Positions 12,464 through 25,420 of a stretch of DNA of 50,635 nucleotides are shown in pieces. The number at the start of each line of letters is the position of its first letter. Position 1 is the stretch's first letter. The DNA comes from Pelomyxa schiedti (lineage: Eukaryota > Protista > Evosea): contig JAHLWZ010000439.1 in assembly GCA_020536535.1 (NCBI GenBank), forward strand, positions 1-50,635. The letters are read 5' to 3'. The notes under the pieces were generated by a model. The model was not told the origin of the DNA. It ran no database searches and worked only from the letters and a program-made list of their open reading frames with translations. A program made the position numbers and the translations under genes.

Positions 12464-13558
12464 TTATGGTTGTTCCAGGAACAGCACAAACTCAGTGAGG
12501 TCGTTGATGTTGGTGAGGCCAGTGTGGCGTGTGACTGGGGTAACAACCGGCTTTGGTGTGACCATTTGCGTGGCTTCATCTACTACCCAGCCGTTGGTCT
12601 TGGCAACTAGGAGCAAGGTAAGTTTGGTGAATATATCTTATATTGTGGGATTGAATTTGAATCTCGTAATTATATTGAATACGAGGGATGGAAAATTTTG
12701 GGGATACTAACACGCGATAAATTGCACAGATGTCATGTCAAAGTATTTGCAACAATCGGCTACGCTTATTGATGAGAAGGCCTTGCTAATGAGCCTGAAT
12801 GTGCGCTGCTTGAAATTCTCTGTGAATAGAGGGAGACAAATTTATGAATTCACAAATTAGAACCGGAAGGTAATTGATATGTGAGACGTACCAATAATTG
12901 CATTAATCAGAGGTTGAATGGCAGCGGTCCAGGGGAATTGGCGCACAGATTCATAAGTCGCAGCGTGATCACGCTCCCACATATGTTTACCAACAGTCCA
13001 AAGAGAGGACAACTCGGCATTGACTTTCTTGATGGTCGAAGGTGTTCTTTTCCAGAAGTATTTGGCGGAGTCTCTGTCATTTGAAATTGTAAGTTATTCC
13101 AGTGATATGTACAGAAATATTCCACACAGATCATTCAAAATAAGATAGAGTGCCAACTGGACCACATAAGGGTGTGTCTCCGGGTTGAGATTCTGCAAAA
13201 GAAAATTGTTAAGGATTCATTATAGGCAATACTATATATTTGTTTTTTGTTTGCTTTAACCATGCGAGTAAGAAAAGTAAAAAAAAAAAGGACTACCTGC
13301 AATTCGACCTTCTCCACCAACGCTAGTGCTTCATTCCACTTTGATTGCGTCAACAGTCCCTCCATCCCTAATGATGTGTTAGAATTCACCTAGACAGCAA
13401 CCAACCAATCACGCACACAAACAAACACCAACAAAACGTCGTTACGGTTACTAGCCCTACCCCCGTGTCGTTGCTTTTTTTCTTTTTATTGAAGTTTTGA
13501 TGAGTTTACGGTGTGTGGTTGGCATACTATCAGTTGGTGTCGTGCTCACAACCGGCAT
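12464..13558 (-). CDS. COPS8: COP9 signalosome subunit 8
   Basis: MPV|VNSN..EKVELQ; PYVVQLALYLILND; NMWERDHAATYESVRQFPWTAAIQPLINAII; FKQRTFRLISKAFSSISVAD; NGWVVDEATQMVTPK; C-terminal LTEFVLFLE, typical of CSN8. Confidence 0.85.
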
Positions 13559-13636
13559 CTCCTCTCTTGAATTAATTTTTTTTTTGTCGTGGCGTTTGAT
13601 CTTTGGTCTGCAGGGGGAGGCTTCAGGTCCAGTTTG

Positions 13637-16600
13637 ATGACAACTTGGGCAGGTTTTTCGCGTCAGTTGATCTCAGGGGAGGTACCTGCCCTGGTTGTGC
13701 CACTCTGCGCAATGAGTGGTGTGGATAGGAATGTACGTTGCGTATCTAGCTTGTTGTTTGCATCATTGTGGGTAACCTGTGGCCAGGTGTGTGTGGGACG
13801 TGCAGCTTGGTGCGACATCGATTTCTTGGAAAAAAAAAAACTGTAAATGTTGTTGGCCTAGCAACATCATTCCACTCTGGGGCGTGGTTTCGTCGGTTGT
13901 TGGTGACACATCCCGAGGCGATGGCGGCACGTACACGGGGCGGCTGGTCAACAACAAACGCGACGGCTGGGGCCGCTGCAGCTGGACCTGCGGAGACACC
14001 TACGAGGGCCAGTGGAGCCACGACGAGAAGCACGGGCGGGGGCTCTTCAAGTGGCCCGACGGTGGCACCTACGACGGCGAGTGGTACCAAGACCTCAGGG
14101 ACGGCTGGGGCACCCGAGGCAACTCCACCCACGGCGGCGGCGGCGGCGGCTGGTTCGAGGGCCTGCTGCGCGGCAACCACTGGAGGATGGGCACGTGGCA
14201 CCACCACAACGGCGCCGATGTGAGGCACGGCGAGTGGGCGTGGAATGACACTACAAATGCGAACGAGGTGCACGGGTGGGGAGTGCAGAGGACGGTGTCA
14301 TTTGGAGCAGGCGCTGCTAACGCGAGGACCGGCGCCGGCAGGGGCGAGGTCGTGGAGACTGTGTATGAGGGGGAGTGGGACAGGGACCAGTGGCATGGGT
14401 GGGGCATGTGGCGGTCACCTGCCACTGGGGACATTTATTATGGCCAGTTCGGGCACGGCAAGAGGAGCGGCACTGGGAGGATGCTGTTTTGCGCTAGGGG
14501 GGGTCAGGGAGAGGGATGGGGAGGGGGAGGGGGGAGCTATGATGGGGAGTGGAGGGATGACATGTTCCATGGGAGGGGGGTGAGGCTGTGGGCCAATGGC
14601 GACAGGTACGAGGGCGATTGGATGATGGGGAAGGAGAATGGATCGGGGACAAAAAGGTGGGCACATGATGGAACCGCCATTGAGGGTATTTGGGAGATGG
14701 GCGTGATCAAGTCAGGCACAAAGAGGTGGCCAAATGGTGATGAATTTGTTGGTAGATTTACAATGGATGGTGCTTGTGGGGAGGGCATGGCCAAATTGAA
14801 AGGTGCTTCAGAAGTATTGTCCTTTGAAGGCACTCTTACCAATGGCATGTTCCAAGGAAATGAGCATGTATCCTATTGTTTGGGTTATGGTGACCTGCAA
14901 ATGGAAGTAAGTTGTTACAAGCTTTTTGTTTTTTTTTAAGAACTTCTTCTCCAGGCCAACTTGAGAAGCAAAATACATGAATTAGTGCAAGAACTGCATC
15001 AACTTAGGCCGCAGTTTGAACACACTCTTAAACACATTCAACGAGGAGTTTGGGTGACATCAATTTCACCCTGCAATGAAGTTCAAACAAAGCTTAATCA
15101 TACTACACAAGAGGAAGAAGCTAGCCACAAAATCAAGTGTGAAATGAAGACAGTTTCAGTCACACTGGAAAGGCACAACATCACATTTCTTAAACCAGTT
15201 TGCTCCCTGTGCCCATTGGACAAGGTTAAACCACACCAAATTTTATTGTAAAATATCTAGTCTCCTTGAGATTTGCCTCACTAAATTACAAAACAAGGTT
15301 GTGAAGATGGAAGTGGAGAAGCTGTATGGAGTGGATGAAAACCATCAGGCTCTCTCTTTCTCACTCACAGGTAATCCTGGTGAAGAACTGTCACTGTCAG
15401 GAACTACCTCGACATTGCTGCAGCTGCTTCATGAATCTTCTTCAGTCTCTGCAGGCAATACTATCCCAGGTTCCTCACTCACCATTGAAACTGCTTCTAT
15501 TTCACTAACAGGAACCAGTGATTAGGGTGAGACTAATTCCAGTGATGAACATCTCTGACTCTGACATGAGACATGTTGGCACATTAGGGATTGGAAGTTA
15601 TGGAACAGTGGACAAGTGTATACACACTCCTTCAGGAAGAGAAGTTGCTGTGAAAAGGATGCATGAGCTCATTGTGTCAAAAACAAATGTTGAGAAGTTC
15701 AGACTGGAGGCAGAGGTTTTTCCTTCACTTGTGTTTGCTTGTGAACATGTCATTTATTTTAGATTGTGAGCGGACTGAGGCACCCCAACATAGTGAAGTG
15801 CATTGGGATAATTACTAGAGCCGAGAGACTACTGATAGTGTCTGAGGTAATGTGTTGCAGTCTCAGGCAACTGTTGACAAAGGTAAGTGTGCAACAGAAG
15901 CAACTGAGTTTAAATGAAACTGTTGCCATTGCCCTGAATGTTGCCAGGGGAATGGACAGCCTCCACAGGTCTGTTTATTTGAACAATTTTTCTTTTTGAA
16001 ATCATGATGAATGACAGGCAGAACTACATGCACCGGGACCTGAGCAGCAACAACATCCTTTTTGACTCGAATGGAACTCCAAAGATTTGTGACTTTGGTA
16101 ATGCTCACCTCCCTCTGCTCATTCACGCCACCACGCAGGTGTATCCCATGAAATGGTGTCTCAACAACAAATACCAAGAACCAGGACTAAAGGACCAGGG
16201 ACACCTGTTTACATGTCCCCACAAATGTACACTACGCATTATTCACTTGGTGGTGTGGTTTTTAATTGTTCAAAACCTTTGACAAGGAACAACAAAAAAA
16301 AGGGGACATGTGGAGCTTTGGCATTCTTCTGACTGAGATTCTAAATGGCCACTTTGTGGACTCCACATTGGCATCACTCCCACTACAGCAGCAAGCAAAC
16401 TTCATGACTGAGCAGAAGAGATTGCTTCCCAAACCTGATGTTGATGGTTACTGTTTTAGTTTTCTCCAACCTCTAATAGACAACACAGAGGTGAATAGAG
16501 TTTGCTGCGAATCAAGTGAACTGGAGATTGCACACTGTCTTAGCAGGAGGAATGCTTCCCTCAATGCAGTGGAGCACCTCATGCACTCCACTCCTGATGG

Positions 16601-16910
16601 GACAACAGCCCCAAGGGCAGCGGCAGACCTCTTTCTCCTGGTTGTCCAGTCATGCCTCTCGATCCAAGGTATGCATGGGGTGCTTCTACACATCGGCTTA
16701 CAAAGCCTAACCTCTGTTTGCCTTTATTAACTAGAGAAGCACCGAGTTCCATTCACAGTGATTGTGAAGCTGCTGTTTTGTTGCTGTACAACAATATCTT
16801 CACACACAACTACAGGAGTGCAAGTGACTGATGACCAAGTCAACAACAGCATCACACAGTGGCTCCTATCCCTTACCCCTTTCATACATTCAGCATTATG
16901 CTCTGATTAG
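13637..16910 (+). CDS. MORN-repeat protein with C-terminal TKL-like protein kinase
   Basis: Multiple YxGxWxxxxxHGxG MORN repeats (13900-14860). Kinase motifs GIGSYGTV, VAVK, LRHPNIV, HRDLSSNNIL, ICDFG, GTPVYMSPQM, DMWSFG. Start codon uncertain. Confidence 0.85.
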
Positions 16911-17055
16911 CAGATCCAATGGGGAGTCCACACACCAGGAAAAATTCGCAAGACTCGTAGTACGCGAAAAGGCTCGCCGAGGATGCCGACGTTTCGTTGT
17001 TGTTATTGCTGCAGATGTTGTTTTGTGGACATTACTTAGGAAGTTACTGAGGTTG

Positions 17056-17544
17056 ATGGCCACCGAGGCGACACCCGAACCGACATCGACGCGTACGACG
17101 ACAAGTACTTGCGGTGACAGCGGGGGTGGTGGTGCGCCCGATTGTTGCAACACCCACCACGGCCCAGGCCAGTCGACAGAAACAACAACAACAACAACGC
17201 GGGAAGGTGGCGCGGTAGGGGGTGGTGGTGGTGGTGGTGGTGAGGGCGGTGGTTCGGGTGGCGGTGGCGCTGTTGTTGCAGTTGTTCCTGCTGAGGAGGA
17301 ACCTGTGACAAGGGAAATAACAGCAACCGACCACATCAACAGGCACATGCTGGGTATGCTGTGCGCTTGTAATTGGTTAAACTAACTGGCTAAAACAAAC
17401 ACAGAGCTGTTCAAGAAGAAACTTGACACACAGGGTGTTGGTTCCGTACTCAGCAGTATGACTCCGACGTCATCTACAACAACTACCACAGCAGAGGCTG
17501 ATAGCACAACTGAAGACGCCGAGTGGGATGATGGCGATCCATGA
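17056..17544 (+). CDS. Small low-complexity protein with conserved-looking core EITATDHINRHMLELFKKKLD
   Basis: Two exons with a phase-1 GT-AG intron, Thr/Gly-rich flanks and an acidic EWDD C-terminus. Confidence 0.6.
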
Positions 17545-17559
17545 TGCATCACATCAGAC

Positions 17560-17634
17560 AGGGCAGTGGGCGCCTCCTTCCACGTCACTAAGAAGAAGCT
17601 GTATGCCCAGGCCACAAGAATTGAATTAAGATAA
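17560..17634 (+). pseudogene. Inverted relic fragment of the local F-box gene family
   Basis: Translates to RAVGASFHVTKKKLYAQATRIELR*, matching RKVGVYFNVSKKKLYAQPTTLAI and RAIGVYLRAVKKKLYAQHTRLDI in the two minus-strand F-box genes. Confidence 0.6.
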
Positions 17635-17679
17635 CGGTCATTGTCAACACACCCAAAAAAAAAATGTTGTTGTTACACC

Positions 17680-19011
17680 CTATATCTTTCCCACACTGGC
17701 TTGCACGGAGCAGTAATTCCAGGAACATGGTGGATCATTGATACGGCTTGGTCGATCATCAAAGTCATATTCATCCATGACTGTTACTGTAAGGTCCATC
17801 GTTGAAAGTGGCATTGGTGAGTCAGGGCCAATGGTCCAGTCACAGTAGATTCGTCGGAGATTCCCGGATGATATCTCTGCAAGGTCCGAGGTGGAGAAGA
17901 AAATGTGTTCTAGTTCCAGTGTGTTGTTGTTGCCACTTCCCCCATAGCTGATTCCTATAGCAAGGGTTGTGGGCTGTGCATACAACTTCTTCTTAGAAAC
18001 ATTGAAATACACTCCTACTTTCCTTGATTCTTTCTTCACACTGACTCTAACCTGGAAGTCCATGCATGGTGCCACAAGAGTGTCACCTATCACTTTCCAC
18101 CACTTCATTGCCACATCCTGTTGGTGGACTTGTCTTGTGATGGTCATTCTCCGACATCCATAAACTGCTCAAACAGTTATTTCGTTGGGCACATGATGAA
18201 AATAGTGTTCTCACCTGTGCGAACAACATCCCAAAACAGTAGACATACTGTACGGATGGCAACAACAGATTCTGGAGGCAGATAGGCAACTATCTGGGAT
18301 AATACCGACATTGGCAAGTCCAGAATGTGTTTCCCTGATTATACAACCGTAAGTTTTATGGACTAGTACACACACGTTCACACCTCTTATTATGGAGATG
18401 CCCTCACATTCAGTCCGAAACATCTCCAACAAGCGCTCTCTGGGGCAGAAAAGCTGTGCGTTTCAATATGTAAGAGGGGTTTAGTGGGGTGAATTGCAAG
18501 AGTATACTCTCTGTTCTCCGGTGTATCCCGCTGAGTTAAATGTCTTGAGTTTAGTCAATGAACTCTGTCGCCGGCATAGCAACACAGTTAGACCCATGTA
18601 TCCAGTTTAATTCGAGAACACACATCCAAATTGGAATGGATTTGAGCTCTCAGTCCCCCAATCCTTGTGTCGAGTATGTCCATCACCTCGCGTCTTATCT
18701 GGCTCAGCTTAGCATCAAAATCCAACTCTGCCTTCCGAGCATTCTGTTTACAGACAAATACAACCCCAAGCCAGTTAACAAAAGCAAGTCAAGGGCACAA
18801 AGGGGCCACAATACACCCACTAACTCGAATGTAACTCAGTCACACACACACACACCTCTTCGGCATCAGCAGCAAGCCTTTCAATGTGTACAAGGGCACT
18901 CGCTGCAGTGGCAGACACCAACTCGCTCGGGCTTGGTTTACTTTCACTTGGTGCCGGTGATTGTGGCTGCGATTGTGGGTTTGTCCTCGGCCGCTTGTTT
19001 GAGGGCTCCAT
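17680..19011 (-). CDS. F-box protein, paralogue 1 (coiled coil + F-box + beta-rich C-terminal domain)
   Basis: F-box HILDLPMSVLSQIVAYLPPESVVAIRTVCLLFWDVV. Colinear exon structure with the paralogue at 20750-21973. Confidence 0.75.
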
Positions 19012-19077
19012 CAGACTCTTTCTTTTCGTTGACGGTTCCTTGAAAACATCAAAAAAAAAAAACGAACGTTGCGCACG

Positions 19078-20581
19078 ATGGTGACATGTCCGTTGTTTGC
19101 ACTTGTTTTTGTTTTTGTCTCTTATTTAAATAATGACTGGTGGTACACAGTGCAAGTGATATCTGACTTTCACTTGGAGTTCCCATTGGGACCTAGCAGA
19201 TTGCCTCAGGTTCTGGCTGAGGACTTTCCACCACCACCAACACCAACACCAACAACTTGTCATTCTTCTCCTGCAGAAAATGCAACTGCAACCACAACAA
19301 CTACTTGCGGCAGTGGCCACACAACAACTGGCACAAGTGATGTTGCACACACTGAGTCAAGTGGGTCAATAATCCCAGTGCTCAGTGAGAAATTGGTGAT
19401 TGCCGGAGATATGGGTAAGTGCTTCAATGGGCCCACATCAGTCAATTAATGGGATAAAACTAAAGCGGGTTGGGGGGAAAAAAGGGTACCCCAGCAAGGA
19501 AGGCTGGGTGGAGTTCATGGAGAATGTCTCCAGGCATTTCCGCCATGTTGTTATGGTTCACGGTAACCACGAGTTTTATTCCGCACCAGGTCCGCTCACC
19601 TTCAATTTGCCTTTCATATGGGCCTTTCAATTTACCCGCCAGTTCAGGTGTCAGTACTACCAACACAAAAACAATTGAATATATTTCCCAGCATTGCACA
19701 AGACTTGGCATTCAGTTTCTGAACCACTCTTCTTACACAATTCAAGGCATGTTTGTTCCGCATTAATTTATTTCGATGTAATGATACAAGTTAAGGAATA
19801 AAATTCATTGGTTGCTCTTTGTGGTCCGTTGTAACACCAGGTTTGAAACAATTTTCTCCCTTAAATCTGTATATTTATTATCGCAGAGGATGCGAAGTCA
19901 ACAAGCGATTATAAAGTGATTTGGATCACTGAGGCGAATGGTATGAGCTGGCCTAATTCGGCTGTATTAAATATTGACTAGGCACCAAGAGAAAATGTAC
20001 AATAGATGATACAACAAATTGGTACAGACAAAGCCTTCAATGGCTGAAGCAGGTTGATTAATAGTTACTCGGATTTTAGTAACAACTTTTAGCAAGTAAC
20101 TAGCAGTGCAGAACCAGTAATCATTGTCACACATAATCCACCGTTTCGCGAATCCCACAGTGCGCCTCCCACAGTAACCATATTTTCCTCCATTTCATTC
20201 ATCTCAAATTCCTGCAGAGTGAAAACAACCTCCAGTTCGACCCCGAAATAAGGTCACTATTGGCTCCGCCTGTTGTTGGTTGGATCCATGGACACACTGT
20301 ATGTTGCAATTTCTTTTCGCCTCTAACTTTACCTAACAGCACTGGAGCGGTGTGTTCACAGTCAATGGAATCAAAATTTGCAGCAACCAGTTGGTTTGTT
20401 TCCCTCTCCAAAAGAAACAGTACAATCCTCATAAAGACTTCCGGCACTCACCACACAACCCACCAACACAAATGCAACACTTTTCTTATAAGTATCACAC
20501 CAGGGATACTTCATGAAATGCCAGCACAAACTTGGCAAGGGAACACGCTTTTCACCCTTCTTCACAGTTTCGTTCCCCTGA
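19078..20581 (+). CDS. Calcineurin-like metallophosphoesterase
   Basis: All motifs in order: VISDFHLE, VIAGDMG, VHGNHEFY, IGCSLWS, IIVTH, WIHGHTH, SNQLGY. Confidence 0.85.
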
Positions 20582-20749
20582 GACACGTTCATCAATAAAA
20601 AAAGAACTGTGAACTTGTTTTGGATAAGAAAATCCTTTTTTTTGGTGGTGTGCACACACTGATGACACAAAGTGTAAGGGTAGTCATACTGGCAGTTTTG
20701 AAAATGAAGTTTCCTTTCCTGGCTCTTTTTTTGCAGTTTTTGCCACTTT

Positions 20750-21973
20750 TCACGACATTGAGAGACGGCGCTTTGTAGACTTGTGCTCTAACTTGTGGAA
20801 TCTGACAGTCACATCCACAACCTTGCTTGGCATAGGTTCGTCGGCTCTAAGCACAAACCTGCGACCCTTGCCTCTGTTATCACGGACAATCCTTGAGAGC
20901 CCAAAGTTGGTGATGAAGGCTCGTGCTGGTCCCAGCTGTTTCTTAGTGTTGTTGTCATCGTATGTAACCTCTATGTCTAGACGAGTGTGCTGCGCATACA
21001 GTTTCTTCTTAACTGCGCGTAGATAAACTCCAATTGCCCTGGCTTTTTTTTCCACCTCCACCTCAACCCGGAAGTCCATGTAGGGTGTGACAATGATGTC
21101 ACCTCCTATCACTCTCCAGAAAGTGTGCTCTCCATTCTCTTCGGCCTGAGTTGTGAACGTGATACTTTCACAGGAATAAACTATGATTGTGAGTGAAAAC
21201 GATAGTAAATTATTCAGCAAACCTGCGCAAACAGCTTCCCAAAATCGGTAACATGCAGCACGAGTGGCAAGAATGGACTCGGGCGGCAGATAGCCAATGA
21301 TTTGTGACAAAACCGGGAACGGCACATCCAGAATGTGTTTCCCTTGACAGCGGTGTTAGAAAGATATTGATAGACAATCTAATAATCTCCATCTCACCTC
21401 TAAAGATAGATATCCCCTCGAATTCAGTTTCCAACATACCCGCCAAACGTTCTCCTGGAAAAATCAGCTGCATGTGAATTGGGTTAAGCCAATGGAGTGA
21501 ACAACTAACACACTCTCTGTTCTCCTGAGTATTCCATTGGCTGTAGTGTCTTGAGTCGCTTCAATGAGCTCTGGCAGCACTATCAGTCAGAGGCAACTGG
21601 CATCAATCCGTTTTATAATGGGTGCATACCACTAAATTGTCGTGTATTTCAGCCTTCAGTTCGTCCACCTTTGCGTCCACCATTGCCATAATGGTACTTC
21701 GCAGTTTGCCCATATTATTATCCACATCCAACATTGCATCATTTGCACTCTAGATGCGCGTGACAAGTGCAAAACTCAAAAGGGAAAAAAAAAAAAAAGT
21801 CAACTACAAGCAACCTTCTCGGCATCCGCGGCCAGCTTTTCGACGTACAGAAATGCCTCCTCGGCTGTCGACAACACCAACTCACTGGCGGCACCAGTGA
21901 CACAGCCATCGGCACCTGTGCTACTTCTGTGAGACGCTGTTTGCGTGCGGCATCTCTTGGGTGACGGTTGCAT
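20750..21973 (-). CDS. F-box protein, paralogue 2
   Basis: F-box HILDVPFPVLSQIIGYLPPESILATRAACYRFWEAV. Shares ELV..A...L..EKLAADAE, FWRVIGGD..TPYMDFRV and KKKLYAQ with paralogue 1. Confidence 0.78.
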
Positions 21974-22161
21974 TGTCGGCTATCGCAGTATGCTTTCGGA
22001 AACTGGGCGGTACAAGTTGGGCCCCAAATTGAAAGACCCAGAAAGGTCAGCCCGATGTATTGATCAAACAGCACTTTCGTCGAAACGAAATTCATACACC
22101 CAGCAAAAACCAAATAAGCAACACACTACACAACGACGCACCGCCGTATTTGCGACAGTAC

Positions 22162-24209
<2,048 letters not shown>

Positions 24210-24360
24210 ATAGTGCCAACAAACAAATTTGTAAATTATTCTCTATGTCATAAGAAAATAGCCTTTTTGTTGGTCACGTTGTTTTTTTGAACAAAGTACA
24301 ACCGCAAGACTAGAGAAGTAAGAAAAATGGATATAGCGAAATATATGAGTCTACCTACAG

Positions 24361-24905
24361 TTATGTTTTGCTTTCGGCCTTGGAAGCTGAAACAGCGGCC
24401 AATCGTGCCTCTAGTTTTGCAATTTGTGCCTTGAGTTCAACAGTTTGTTCCTTGTATGCCTCAATCACTGGTGTTTTGATTGGATTAGAACAAAGAAAAG
24501 GAGACCGAATAAGATACACTGAAAATATAAGCAAGAAACAAACGAGGACAGAACAAAGTCACATGAGGGGCAGGTATTCAGTTTATTTAATCTCTTATTT
24601 TTATATTCGAATATCTTACGCGCCGTTCCCCTTATTTATTTAGTGGCAATGTATTCAAAGGTATAAATTAAATAGCGGTAGTACCGTTTTGGAGTGCAGA
24701 AAGTGAGTCGGCTTCGTGTTCCTTTATCTCAGACATTTCGACGATCAGCCGTGCATTCTCAAGCTTCAGGGTTTTGATTTTTTCTTGCTTTCTCTCTAGT
24801 TTCTCCTCCACGGTCTCCTGAGGAACAATTCCGAATGAATAACAGGCACCAATTCAATCAATTTCGAAACGACAATCCAAAAGGTACCGCGTTGTTGCGC
24901 ATCAT
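24361..24905 (-). CDS. Small coiled-coil protein
   Basis: Three spliceable exons: MMRNNA | ETVEEKLERKQEKIKTLKLENARLIVEMSEIKEHEADSLSALQN | VIEAYKEQTVELKAQIAKLEARLAAVSASKAESKT*. Start codon uncertain. Confidence 0.55.
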
Positions 24906-25420
24906 CTTACAAAAACCAATAGATCTGAAATCAGTTCCAGGAAATCGATTGTTGCCATCCAAGGAGCATGTATTGGTCGAACACTTGCAGAGCCGTCAGG
25001 GCGAGTTCAAGAACAAACAACAGCGACTTTTAGCTTTTACAGATAGATTTTCCATTTGCCATGGAAAATGGTTGGAGATTCCTCTACTCCAGAAACCCGC
25101 CTTCAGAGGATGTGCACTTACCCATTTTTCATCACGGCAGATCTGGTTACATTACGCGTAAGTATCTTCGGCTGGTGCTTTTGTCACCTGCCTGTTGCGG
25201 ATGTTCTCAATGAAACGGCTTCAAAGGAAGAGCCTTCTCCTTTCGTAATGAGGAAAGCCAGAAGAAAAAGACTGAACTTCCGCCGGTGATCATGGGAAAT
25301 TGAATGGAACGAAAGAAAGAATAAAATCCGTTTCCTACACACCCACAAGGATAAAACGCGCACCGCCCTCGCCCCAACAAGGCACAACAACCCCCCACAG
25401 CAACACATACCCGCCCCTAG

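Noticed and set aside
13746-14848. Many overlapping antisense or alternate-frame ORFs over GC-rich exons (also 25516-26896, 43718-44308, 46549-47144)
   Set aside because: Shadow ORFs caused by GC-rich, stop-poor coding sequence on the other strand.
24975-25010. TGA followed by RLCKC upstream of the small coiled-coil gene
   Set aside because: No upstream open frame or recognisable fold and no SECIS seen. More likely 5' non-coding sequence.
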